From Squalus acanthias (Eukaryota): DNA of 63,000 nucleotides. A model generated the notes under the pieces. It ran no database searches, was not told the origin of the DNA, and worked only from the letters and a program-made list of their open reading frames with translations. How positions within the stretch are numbered: position 1 is the stretch's first letter; the number at the start of each line of letters is the position of its first letter. A program made the position numbers and the translations under genes. The DNA lies in assembly GCA_030390025.1 (NCBI GenBank), contig JASTWF010001722.1, positions 1-63,000 on the forward strand, given 5' to 3'. This document shows, piece by piece, positions 36,601 to 49,200 of the stretch.

Positions 36601-38828
36601 TACTAAGGGAGCGCTGCACTGTCGGAGGGTCGGTACTGAGGGAGCGCTGCACTGTCTGAGGGGCTGTATTGAAGGAGCGCCTCATGGTCAGAGGGGCAGT
36701 ACTGAGGGAGCACTCCACTGTTTGTGTGGCGCTACTGAGGGATCGCTGCACTTTCAGAGTGGCTGTACTGAGTGAGCGCTGAACTGTCGGAAGGACAGTA
36801 CTGAGGGAGCATTGTACTGTCGTATTAGTTTTACTCATGGAGCGCCGCACAGCAAGAGGAACAGTACTGAGGGGGTTCAGCACATTCGCAGGGGCAATAC
36901 TGAGGGAACGCCATACTGTCGGATTGGCAGTACTGAGGAAGTGCTGCACTGTCAGAGGGACAGGACTGAGGGAGCGTTGCACTGTAAGAGTGTCCGTACT
37001 GAGGGAGCGCTAACCTGTCGTTGGAGGAGTACTGAGTGATCCCGCATTGTCGGAGGAGCAGCATTGATGAAGCACCTCATTGTCAGAGTGGCAGTACTGT
37101 GGGAGAACTGCATTGTCGGATGGGCAGTATTGAGGTAGCGCTGCAGTATCGGAGAGCAGTACTGAGGGATCGCTGCACTGTAGGAAGGGGAGTACTGTCC
37201 GAGCGCTGCACTAAATGCGTAGACAGTACAGAGGGAGAGCTGCACTGTCGGATGTGCTTTACTGATGGAGCGCCGCAATGTCAAGGGGCAGTACTGAGGG
37301 GATGCTGCACTATCGGAGTGGCGGTTGTGATGTAGCGCTGCACTGTATGAGGGGCAGTACTGAGGGAGTACTGCACTTTCGGAGGGGCAGTAATGAGGGA
37401 GCACTGCACTTTCGGAGCTTCGGTACTGAGGGAGCGCTGCCCTGTTGGAGGGGCAGTAATGAGGAAGCGCTGCACTGTCTGAGGGGCCTGTATTGATGGA
37501 GCGCCTCATGGTCGGAGGGGCAGTACTGAGGGAGCACTGCACCGAAGGAGGGGCAGTACTGAGTGAGCGCTGCACTGTAGGAGGGGCATTACTAAGGGAG
37601 CGCTGCACATTCGGAGGGTCGGTACTGATGAAGGAGCGCCTCATGGTCAGAGGTGCGTAACTGAGGGAGCACTGCACTGTTGGTGTGGCTCTACTGATGG
37701 AGCGCTGCACTGTCTGACTGGACAGTACAGAGGGAGCGCTGCACTGCCGGGGGGAGAGTACTGAGGCAGCACCGCACAGCCGGAGTGACATTACCGACGG
37801 AGCTCTGCACTGTCGGAGGGGCAGGTCTGATGGAGCGCTGCACTGTCAGAGGGGCAGTACTGAGGGATTGCTGCACTGTCGGATGAGCAGTACGGAGGGA
37901 GCACTGAACTGTCAGAGGTGCGGAACTGATGGAGCGCTACAATGTCGGAGGGTCAGTATTGAGTGAGCGCCTCATCGTCAGAGGGGAAGTAATGAGGCAG
38001 CACTGCACTTTCGGACTGGACATTACTGTGTGAGTACCGCAATGTCGGAGGGGCAGAATTGAGGGAAAGCCGCACTGTCGGAGGGGTAGTACTGCGGGAG
38101 CGTTGAACTGTCGAACTGGCAGTACTGAGGAAGCGCTGCACAGCTAGAGGGGCAGGACTGAGGGAGCGCGTCACTGTCGGTGTGGCAATACTGAGGGATC
38201 CCTGGACTGTCAGAGGGTCCGTACTGAGGGAGCGTTGCACTGTCGTTGGAGCAGTACTGAGGGATTCCGCACTGTTGGAAGGGCAGTACTGAGGGAACGC
38301 CGCAATGTCGGACTGGCAGTACTGAGGCAACGCTGCACCGTCGGATGATCGAAACTGAGGGAGCGCTGCTCTATCAGATTGTCAGTACTGAGTGAGCGCT
38401 ATCTTTCAGAGAGTCAATACTGAGGGAGCGCTGCTCTGTCGGAATGTTAGTATTGATGGAGTGCCTCATTGTCAGAGTGGCAGTACTGAGGGAGCAATGC
38501 ACTGTGGGATTGGCAATAGTGAGGAAGCGCTGAATTCTCAGAGGGGCAGAACTGAGGGAGCAATGCACTGTCGGAATGGCAGTACTGAGGAAGCGCTGCA
38601 CACTCAGATGGGCAGGAATGAGGGAGCGTGGCACTGTCGGTGTGGCAATACTGAGGGAGCACTGCACTGTCGGAGGATCTTTACTGAGGAAGAAGTGCAC
38701 TGTCGGAGGGCTGGTCTGAGGGTGCGCTGCACTGTCGAATGGGCATTACAGAACGAGAGCCGCACAGCCGGAGGAACAGTACTGAGGGAGCTCTTCACTG
38801 TCGGAGGGGCAGTACTGAGACAGCGCTA
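30695..38828. repeat. 8.1-kb satellite of a 33-bp unit (GCAGTACTGAGGGAGCGCTGCACTGTCGGAGGG)n, about 245 diverged units
   Basis: Visible directly; source of dozens of spurious 11-aa periodic ORFs; short outlier at about 42255-42350. Confidence 0.97.
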
Positions 38829-39359
38829 GCTGTTCCAAGTTTAACACATAAACAATGTGATGGCTGGTGCATCTAATTGATGCCATCTTACGAAGGACTT
38901 CTGTTTGTATCTTTTTACGACGTGTAAATTAAAAGCACCTCAACCGGGTGCACCATTGACTTCTTAGCTACCTCAACTGGTTGCATTAAGAATTATGTTT
39001 CCTTTCTTTCATTTGATGCCATTTTTACGAAGGCATATCTTTCTTTAGTTTTCTGCATTTCATTTGAAAGTGTTGGTCTAAGGCACCTTAAGAGGGTATA
39101 TAAATGTGTTCTTTCCAAGTTTGCAGACTTTCAGGAAACTCCAAACTACTGTTTCAAAAAGGCTATTGTTTCAGTGTCAACAACTTATCTTATCTCGATA
39201 TCCAGTATGCTGTTCACAGCTTTTCAATTGTTGAGGATTTAAGATTTTCAAGCTCACTTTGATATTTTACAAAGACCAGAATAAGTCATAGTATGGTTTA
39301 TTTTTCTGAACATTTCGTATTCCTTCGCACTATCAGGACCACTGTTCAATAGAATCTTC

Positions 39360-40413
39360 CTGTTAGGGACACCTATTAAAGAGGGAGTCTCACCATCATG
39401 GACCCCATTTAAAAAGGGAGACTGGCCAAAAGGGACCCGTTTTAAAGAGGGTTTTTCAGCATCAGGGATTCCTTTCAAAGAGAAAATCTCAACATCAGGG
39501 GACTTTTTAAAGAGGGAGTTTCCCCATCAGGGGCCCCTTTTGATGAGAGGGTCTCTCCATCAGGGACCTCTTTTAAAGAGGGAGTCTCAACATCAGGGAC
39601 ACTTTTTAAAGAGGGAGTTTCAGCATCAGGGACCGCTTTGAACGCGATAATCTCTCCATCAGGGACCACATTTAATGAGAGTCTCACCATCAGGAAACCT
39701 TTAAAAGAGGGATTATCACCATCAGGGACACCTTTAAAAGAGCGTGTCTCACCATCAGGGAACCATTTTAAAGATGTCGTCTCACCATAAGGGAGCCCTT
39801 TTAAAGAGAGAGTCTCATCATCAGGGTCCCCATATAAGAGAGAGTTTCACCATCAGCAACGCCTTTTAAAGATATAGTCAGCGATCCCTAATAAAGAGGG
39901 AGTCTAACACTCGGGGACACTTTTTAAAGAAAGTGGCTCGCCATCAAGGACCCCTTTTAAAGAGGGCGTCTCAACATCAGGGACCCGTTTTAAAGAGAGA
40001 GTCGCACCATCAGGGAGCCCTTTTTAAGGGGAAGTCTTTCTATCAAGGATGCCTTTTAAAGATAATCTTCCTGTTAGGGATACCTTTTAAAGAGAGAGTC
40101 TCACCATCAGGGACAACTTTTAAAGAGGGTGTATCCCCATCAGGGACCCCTTTTACAGAGGGAGTCTTACCATCAGGGGCTCCTTTTAATGAGAGAGTCT
40201 CACCATCACGGATCCCTTTTAAAGAGGGAGTGCCTCCATCAGAGACACCATTTAGTGATGGAGTCTCCCCATCTGGGGTCGGTCTTAAAGAGGGAGTCTC
40301 ACCTTCAGGGAACCATTTTAAAGAGGGTGTCTTTCTATCAGGAACCCCTTTTAAAGAGAGATTCTACCCATTAGGGACTCCTTTTTAAGAGAGAGTCTCA
40401 CCATCAGGGACAC
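39360..40413. repeat. Tandem repeat of about 33 bp (CCATCAGGGACCCCTTTTAAAGAGGGAGTCTCA)n
   Basis: Visible directly; sequence unrelated to the preceding satellite. Confidence 0.92.
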
Positions 40414-42030
40414 CTGGAATTTACTCAATCTCTTCTCAGACGACAATCTCGTCATCCCTGGAAACAATCTCGAGAACCTTTGTTGCAATCCCTCTATGGC
40501 AAGTATATCCTTCCTTAGGTAAGGTGACCAAAATTGTATACAGTGCTCACGGTGTGGTCTCACCAAGGCCCGATATAATTGGATTAAGGCTTCTTTACTC
40601 CTGCACTCAAATACTCTTGCAATGAAGGACAGCACAACCATTTGCCTTCCTAATGGCTTGCTGCACCTGCTCATTCACTTTCAGTGACTCATGTATAAGG
40701 ACACCCAGCACCCTTTGAGCATCTGCATTTCCCAATCTTTCACCATTTCGGAAATATACTGACTTTGTTTTTTCTACCAAAGTGGATAACTTCACAGTTA
40801 TCCACGTTAAATTATATCTGCCATGATCTCCCACACTGACTGAGCCTGTCGAGATCCCCTTGTAGCCCCTTCACATCCTGTTCACAACTGACACGACCAC
40901 CTAGCTTGTTTCAGCAGCAAATTTGGAAATATTACATTTAGTCCTCTCATCCAAATCATTGATATAGATTGTGAATAGCTGGGGCCCAAGCACCGATCCT
41001 TGCGGTACCCCACTCGTCACAGCCTGACATCCTGAAAAAGGCCCGTTTATCCCTACACTTTGTTTTCTGTCTGTTAACCAATTTTCAATCCATGCTAGAA
41101 TATTACCCCCAATTCCATGTGCCCTAATTTTGTTCACCAAACGCTTGTGTGTGACCTTATCGAAGGCCTTCTGAATATCCAAATACACCACATCTACCGG
41201 TTCCCCTTTGTCTATTCCAGTAGATACATCCTCAAAGAAATCCAATAGGTTTGTTAAACAGGATTCCCCTTTCATAAATCCATGTTGACTCTGCCCAATC
41301 TTACTATTAGATTCTAATTGCCCAGGTATTGCATTGTTTATTATAGATTCCAGCATTTTCCGAACTACTGATATAAAGCTAACAGGTCTGTAGTTCCCCG
41401 TTTTCTCTCTCGCTCCGTTCTTAAATAGCGGGGTTACATTTGCTATCCTCCAAACTGTAGAAAGCGTTCCAGACTCTATAGAATTTTGGAAGACTACAAC
41501 AAATGTGTCCACTATCCCAATGGCCACCTCTTTCAAAAACCCTAGGATGCAGGTCATCCAGTCCTTGGGATTTCTCGAATTTTATCCCATTAATTTGGTT
41601 AGAATTTTTTTTTACTAATAATAATTTATTTAAGTTCCTCATTCTCCCCACACCCTTGGATTTCTCGTATTTCTACAAGGTTTTATGTGTCTTCCTCCGT
41701 GAAGACAGAAACAAAGTTTTTATTTATTTTCTCAGCCATTTAATCATTCCCCATTTTAAATTCTCCAGTCTCTTACTGTAAAGGACCTACATTTACCTTC
41801 GCCAGTCTTTTGATTTTCACATACCTATAGAAGCTTTTACAATCCGTTTTTATATTTTTCGCTAGTTTGTGCTCATATTCCATTTTCACTTTCTTTATCA
41901 ATTTCTTGGTCCACCTTTGCTGATTTCTAAAACGATCCCAATCCTCAAGCTCACCGCTTTTTCTGGCAACTCTATAAGCTTCCTCCTTTGACTTAATTCT
42001 ACCTCTAATTTCTTTTGTTAGCCATGTTTG
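40414..42030 (-). mobile_element. CR1 ORF2 fragment (similar to the 7593-11727 subfamily)
   Basis: 218-aa RT ORF 40901-41557 and flanking frames. Confidence 0.9.
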
Positions 42031-42647
42031 GATCACTTACAGAGCCTGCCTCTGAATCCGAGAATTGCTTTGCCACTTTCAGCGAATCTATCATCTCATT
42101 TGAAAGTTCAATTTTTATACTCTTTCTCAGTGGTATTTCCTTTGAAGTTTTCTGCTGATGTAAGCTATTTATTTATAGTCATTTTGCTGTTGACCACTGC
42201 TATTGTTACATCAGTTCAGCTGGTAGCAAGCAGACTTGTGTCCCCTAGCTGGTGAGTACTGAAGGAGTTCTGCACTGTCGGAGGGGCAGTACTTAGGGAG
42301 CGCTGCACTGTCTGAGTGGCAGAATTGTTGGAGCGCCTCATTGTCAGAGATATGCTACTGGGGTTAGATGAAGTAAGGTGGGTAGAGTCTCCTGTGGAGC
42401 ATAAACACCGGCACAGAGCTGTTGGGCCGAATGGCCTGTTTCTGTGATGTAAATTTAACTCTTCAAGCTCTCAGAGAGAAGGATTGCATACCCCTCAGCT
42501 GCGGGCTGGAAACCGGACAGGGCCCAGAGGGGAAAAAGAGAATCCTTTAAAACTCAGCATAACGCCCATTTCTCTCACATCTAACCAGCGGTTTCATTGT
42601 CTCTGGAATTCTTCAGTTTATTGTACTTTATTGTAATTGCCCTGCAG

Positions 42648-43038
42648 CTAAAGATCCGCGGCAACCGTCCGTGTCTGTCCTCCTGCCCTCGGCAGAAGAA
42701 GTCTTCGCTTAGAGGTCCGTCGCCCTCACCTGCTTAGTGAGAGGTTTCTACCCTCGAGAGATCTTCGTCAAGTGGACCGTCAATGATAAGCCGGTGAATT
42801 CCAGCAACTACAGGAACACCGAGGTGTTGGCGGAGAACGGCAGCAGTTCCATCTTCATCTACAGCCTGTTATCCATTGCAGCAGAAGAGTGGGCCAGCGG
42901 CGCTTCTTACTCCTGTGTGGTGGGACATGAAACGATCCCCTTGAAGATCATCACCAGAACGGTCAATAAATCCAGCGGTAAACAATGTTTGTGAACATTT
43001 CCTTTGTACTGATGGACTCCGTCAATTCTTATCAATGA
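42648..43038 (+). pseudogene. IGHM: IgM heavy chain last constant exon (Cmu4) + secretory tail, inactivated
   Basis: Acceptor ctgcAG; PSVSVLLPSAEE...[17 protein letters not shown]...[32 protein letters not shown]; in-frame TAG at 42710-42712; tailpiece [15 protein letters not shown] out of frame; internal donor G|GTAAA at 42977/42978. Confidence 0.9.
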
Positions 43039-43065
43039 GAAACTCTCTATTACATTTAATTCTGA

Positions 43066-43081
43066 AATAAAAATCAATAAA
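43066..43081 (+). terminator. Tandem poly(A) signals for the secreted IgM form
   Basis: AATAAA at 43066 and 43076, just after the tailpiece stop. Confidence 0.75.
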
Positions 43082-43243
43082 AGCCTTTTCTTCTAATCGT
43101 GAGTTAAACGCCCAGCCGCTCAATTAATTTTGTTTCCCATTTTTGCCAAGGGGCGAGCTGTTTATCTTAAGTAGGGTGTTTGCGGATCTAGGGCCAAAGG
43201 CTTGTAACGCCAGCGCTCCCAGCTCAGATTTCATCACGGGTTA

Positions 43244-46020
43244 GAACATAAGAACATAAGAAATAGGAGCAGGAGTAGGCCATTTGGAGCTTCGAGCCTG
43301 CTCCGCCATTCAATAAGATCATGGCTGATCTTCTACCTCATCTCCACTTTCCTGCACTATCCCCATATCCCTTGATTCCCTTAATATTCAAAAATCTATA
43401 GATCTCTGTCTTGAATATACTCAACGACTGAGCCTCCACAGCCCTCTGGGGTAGAGAATTCCAAAGATTCACCACCCTCTGAGTGAAGAAATTTCTCCTC
43501 ATCTCAGTCCTAAATGGCCGACCCCTTATTCTGAGACTGACCCCTGGTTCTAGACTCCCCAGCTAGGGGAAACATCCTCCCTGCATCTACCCTGTCAAGA
43601 CCTGTAAGAATTTTGTATGTTTCAATAAGATCACCTCTCATTTTTCTAAACTCTGGAGAATATAGGCCTAGTCTACTCAATCTGTCCCCATCGGACAATC
43701 CCCCATCCCACGAACTAGTCTGGTGAAACTTCGTTGCACTCCCTCTATGGTAAGTATATCCTTCCTTATGTAAGGAGACCAAAACTGTACACAATACCCC
43801 AGGCGTGGTCTCACCAGGGCACGATACAATTGGAGTAAGACGTCTTTACTCTTACTCAAATCCTCTTGTAATAAATCCAAAATACAATTTGCTTTACTAA
43901 TTGCTTGCTGTACATGAATATTAGCTTTCAGTGATTCGTGTACAAGGACACCCAGATCCCTTTGAACACCAACATTTCCCAATCTCTCTCCATTTAAAAA
44001 ATACTCTGCTTTTCTGTTTTTCCTACCAAAGGGGATAACCCTTACATTTCTCCACATTATATTCCATTTGCCATGTTCTTGCCCACTCACTTAGCCTGTC
44101 TATATCCCCTTGAAGCCTCCTTGCATCCTCCTCACAACTTACATTCCCACCCAGCTTTGTATCATCAGCAAACTTGGATATATTACATTTGGTCCCCTCA
44201 TCCAAATCATTGATGTAGATTGTGAATAGCTAAGTTCCAAGCACTGATCCTTGAGGCAACCCAGTAGTTACAGCGTGCCAACCTGAAAATGACCAGTTTA
44301 TTCCTACTCTCTGTTTTCTGTTGGTTAACCAATCCTCAATCAATGCTAGCATATTACCCCCAATCCCATGACCCATGATTGTGTTTAATAACCTGTTATG
44401 TGGCACGTTATCGAATGCCTTCTGAAAATCCAAATATACCACATCCACTGGTTCCCCCTTATCTAATCTGCTAGTTGCAACCTCAAAAAACTCTAACAGA
44501 TTTGTCAAACAAGATTTCTCTTTCATAAATCCGTGTTCACTCTGTCCAATCCCATGACCCATAATTTTGTTTAATAACCTGTCGTGTGTCACCTTATCGA
44601 ATGCCTTCTGAAAATCCAAATATACACATCCACTGGTTCCCCTTTCTCTATTCTGTTAGTTACAACCTCAGAAAACTCTAACAGATTTATCAAACACGAT
44701 TTCTCTTTCATAAATCTGTGTTGACTCTGTCCAATCCTATTATTATTTTCTAAGTGCCTTGTTAGCACGTCCTTAATAGATTCTAGCATTTTCCCTCCTA
44801 CTGATGTCGGGCTAACTGGTCTGTGGTTCCCCGTTTTACCTCCAGCTCCTTTCTTAAATAGCGGTCTTACATTTGCTACCTTCCAATCCGCAGGAACCGT
44901 TCTGGAATCTATGGAATTTTGGATAATGACAACCACTATCTCTATAGCAAATTCTTTCAAAACCCGCGGATGTAGGCTATCAGGTCCAGGGGATTTATCG
45001 GCTTTCAGTCCCATTAATTTCTCCAGTACTACTTTTTACCAATACTAATATCTTTAGCTCCGTATTCTCCACTATTTCCAGGAAGTTTTTTGCGTCTTCT
45101 TCCGTGAAGACAGACAAAAAGTATTTGTTTAATTTCTCTGCCATTTCCTTATTCCCGATTATAATTTCTCCGTTCTCAGCCTGTAAGGGACCCACATTTA
45201 CTTTCGCTAATATTTTCCTTTTAACATACCTATAGAAGCTTTACAATCTGTTTTTATGTCTCTCCCCATAGTGTACTCTTATATTCCATTTTCCCTTTCC
45301 TTTTCAATTTCTTGGTCCACTTTCGCTGAACACTCATACCCTCCCAATCCCGTGTCTTACTACTCTTTTTGGCAGAATTATAACACGGTGGCATAGTGGT
45401 TAGCACTGGTGCCTCACAGCACCAGAGACCCGGGTTCGAATCTGACCTCGGGTGACTGTCTGTGTGGAGTTTGCACATTCTCCCCGTGTCTGCGTGGGTT
45501 TCCTCCGGGTGCTCCGGTTTCCTCCCACAGTCCAAAAATGTGCGGGTTAGGTTGATTTGGCTATGATAAATTGACCCTTAGTGTTAGGGGGGGATTAAAT
45601 ATGTGGGGTTATGGGGATAGGATGGGATATGTTAGGGGGAATTAAATACGTGGGGTTACGGGGGTAGGGTGGGATATGTATACTGTGGGGATTAAAGCAG
45701 GGACAGGGTACTGGATTTGGATGATCAGCCATGATCGTATTGAATGGTGGAGCAGGCTCGAATGGCCTACTCCTAGATTCTATGTTTCTATAAGCCTCTT
45801 CCTTTGAGCTAATGCCATCTTTAACTTCTCTTGTTTGCCATGGTAGGACCACTTTTCCTGTGGGGTTTCTGTGCCTCAAAGGAATGTATATTTGTTGTAA
45901 ATTATGTATTAATTCTTTAAATGCAATCCATTGCTGGTCCACTGTCATACCTTTTAATGTAGTTTCCCAATCCAGCTTAGTCAACTCGCCCATCACACTT
46001 ATGTCGTTTGCTTTGTTAGA
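43244..46020 (-). mobile_element. CR1 ORF2 copy with an internal duplication of about 180 bp and a SINE insertion
   Basis: RT ORFs 43510-45195; DFQKAFD...MGHGIG occurs twice in ORF 44230-44619. Confidence 0.9.
45384..45788 (+). mobile_element. HE1-type tRNA-derived V-SINE with CR1-derived tail
   Basis: A box ggtggcatagtgg, B box gggttcgaatc, V domain tgtgtggagtttgcacattctccccgtgtctgcgtgggtttcctccggg, CR1 tail, TATAA target duplication. Confidence 0.9.
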
Positions 46021-46249
46021 GACAGAGTGAAGCTCTCTCACGACAGAATTCCTCAAAGTGACTTCAGCAAATTTCCTCCTGCTGGGGGAATCTGAAAAAT
46101 CCCATTTCAACAAACCAACGCTGCACATTTACATCTCGGTTTCCCTGTTTCTCCTGTTGTCCATTCCTTCAGAATTGGGGACAGTTTTAAGTTGCAGCAT
46201 CGCAAACACTGAAGAGAGGGCAACACAGGAACACGAACTGTATCTCGCA

Positions 46250-49200
46250 ATTCCCCGCCAGAGAGAGGGGAAAATGCAATTGTTAACCCACCGTACCGCC
46301 GACTCTCCCACCAGAGAGAGGATAAGGAGCAAATGAATACCCACTGTACCTCGCAATCCTCCACCAGAGAGAGGGGAAAGGGCAATTGTTAACCCTCTGT
46401 ACCCTACAATCTCCCAGCAGAGAGAGGGGAAAGGGCAATTGTTAACCCGCTGTACCCCACAATCTCCCAGCAGAGAGAGGGGAAAGGGCAATTGTTAACC
46501 CACTGTACCCCACAAGCTCCCACCAGAGAGAGGGGAAAGGGCAACTGTTAACCCACTGTACCCCACAATCTCCCAGCAGAGAGAGGGGAAAGGGCAATTG
46601 TTAACCCACTGTACCCCACAATCACCCACCAGAGAGAGAAGAAAGGGCAATTGTTAACCCACTGTACCCCACAATCTCCCACCAGAGAGAGGGGAAAGGG
46701 CAACTGTTAACCTACTGTACCCCACAATCACCCACCAGAGAGAGAAGAACGGGCAATTGTTAACCGACTGTACCCCCAGTCCCCCACCAGAGAGAGGGGA
46801 AAGGGCAATTGTTAACCGACTGTACCCCCAGTCCCCCACCAGAGAGAGGGGAAAGGGCAATTGTTAACCCACTGTACCAGCCCTCACCCACCAGAGAGAG
46901 GGGAAAGGGCAATTGTTAACCCACTGTACCTCCCACTCCCCCACCAGAGAGAGGGGAAAGGGCAATTGTTAACCCACTGTACCCCCACTCCCCCAACAGA
47001 GAGAGGGGGAAGGGCAATTGTTAACCCACTGGACCCCCACTCCCCCACCAGAGAGAGGGGAAAGGGCAATTGTTAACCCACTGTACCTCCCACTCCCCCA
47101 CCAGATAGAGGGGAAAGGGCAATTGTTAACCCATTGTACCCCCACTCCCCCACCAGAGAGAGGGGGAAGGGCAATTGTTAACCCACTAGACACCCACTCC
47201 CCCACCAGAGAGAGGGGAAAGGGCAATTGTTAACCCACTGTACCTCCCACTCCCCCACCAGAGAGAGGGGAAAGGGCAATTGTTAACTCACTGTACCCGC
47301 ACTCCCCACCAGAGAGAGGGGAAAGGGAAATTGTTAACCCACTAGACCCCCACTCCCCCACCAGAGAGAGGGGAAAGGGCAATTGTTAACCCACTGTACC
47401 CCCACTCCCCCACCAGAGAGAGGGGGAAGGGCAATTGTTAACCCACTAGACCCCCACTCCCCCACCAGAGAGAGGGGAAAGGGCAATTGTTAACTCACTG
47501 TACCCGCACTCCCCACCAGAGAGAGGGGAAAGGGCAATTGTTAACCCACTGTACCCCACAATCTCCCAGAAGAGAGAGGGGAAAGGGCAATTGTTAACCC
47601 ACTGTACCCCACAATCTCCCACCAGAGAGAGGGGAAAGGGCAACTGTTAACCCACTGTACCCCACAATCTCCCAGCAGAGAGAGGGGAAAGGGCAATTGT
47701 TAACCCACTGTACCCCACAATCACCCACCAGAGAGAGAAGAAAGGGCAATTGTTAACCCACTGTACCCCACAATCTCCCACCAGAGAGAGGGGAAAGGGC
47801 AACTGTTAACCTACTGTACCCCACAATCACCCACCAGAGAGAGAAGAAAGGGCAATTGTTAACCGACTGTACCCCGAGTCCCCCACCAGAGAGAGGGGAA
47901 AGGGCAATTGTTAACCGACTGTACCCCAGTCCCCCACCAGAGAGAGGGGAAAGGGCAATTGTTAACCCACTGTACCCGCCCTCACCCACCAGAGAGAGGG
48001 GAAAGGGCAATTGTTAACCCACTGTACCTCCCACTCCCCCACCAGAGAGAGGGGAAAGGGCAATTGTTAATCCACTGTAGCCCCACTCCCCCACCAGAGA
48101 GAGGGGGAAGGGCAATTGTAAACCCACTAGACCCCCACTCCCCCACCAGAGAGAGGGGAAAGGGCAATTGTTAACCCACTGTACCTCCCACTCCCCCACC
48201 AGATAGAGGGGAAAGGGCAATTGTTAACCCACTGTACCCCCACTCCCCCACCAGAGAGAGGGGGAAGGGCAATTGTTAACCCACTAGACACCCACTCCCC
48301 CACCAGAGAGTGGGGAAAGGGCAATTGTTAACCCACTGTACCTCCCACTCCCCCACCAGAGAGAGGGGAAAGGGCAATTGTTAACTCACTGTACCCGCAC
48401 TCCCCACCAGAGAGAGGGGAAAGGGCAATTGTTAACCCACTAGACCTCCACTCCCCCACCAGAGAGAGTGGAAAGGGCAATTGTTAACCCACTAGACCCC
48501 CACTCCCCACCAGAGAGAGGGGAAACGGCAATTGTTAACACCCTGTACCCCCACTCCCCACCAGAGAGAGGGGAAAGGGCAATTGTTAACCCACTAGACC
48601 CCCACTCCCCCACCAGAGAGAGGGGAAAGGGCAATTGTTAACCCACTGTACCCCCACTCCCCCACCAGAGAGAGGGGGAAGGGCAATTGTTAACCCACTA
48701 GAACCCCACTCCCCCACCAGAGAGAGGGGAAAGGGCAATTGTTAACCCACTGTACCTCCCACTCCCCCACCAGATAGAGGGGAAAGGGCAATTGTTAACC
48801 CACTGTACCCCCACTCCCCCACCAGAGAGAGGGGAAAGGGCAATTGTTAACCCACTAGACACCCACTCCCCCACCAGAGAGAGGGGAAAGGGCAATTGTT
48901 AACCCACTGTACCTCCCACTCCCCCACCAGAGAGAGGGGAAAGGGCAATTGTTAACTCACTGTACCCGCACTCCCCACCAGAGAGAGGGGAAAGGGCAAT
49001 TGTTAACCCACTAGATCCCCACTCCCCCACCAGAGAGAGTGGAAAGGGCAATTGTTAACCCACTAGACCCCCACTCCCCCACCAGAGAGAGGGGAAAGGG
49101 CAATTGTTAACACCCTGTACCCCCACTCCCCACCAGAGAGAGGGGAAAGGGCAATTGTTAACCCACTAGACCCCCACTCCCCCACCAGAGAGAGGGGAAA

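Noticed and set aside
30695-38828. Array of RAG recombination signal sequences (CACTGTC resembles the heptamer)
   Set aside because: The mismatch falls in the essential CAC position on the relevant strand, and there are no nonamers at 12/23 spacing
30682-38829. Long Cys/His/Arg-rich ORFs (up to 368 aa) resembling zinc-finger proteins
   Set aside because: Translations of a 33-bp satellite that is open in several frames on both strands
45386-45455. tRNA gene
   Set aside because: It is the tRNA-derived head of the V-SINE
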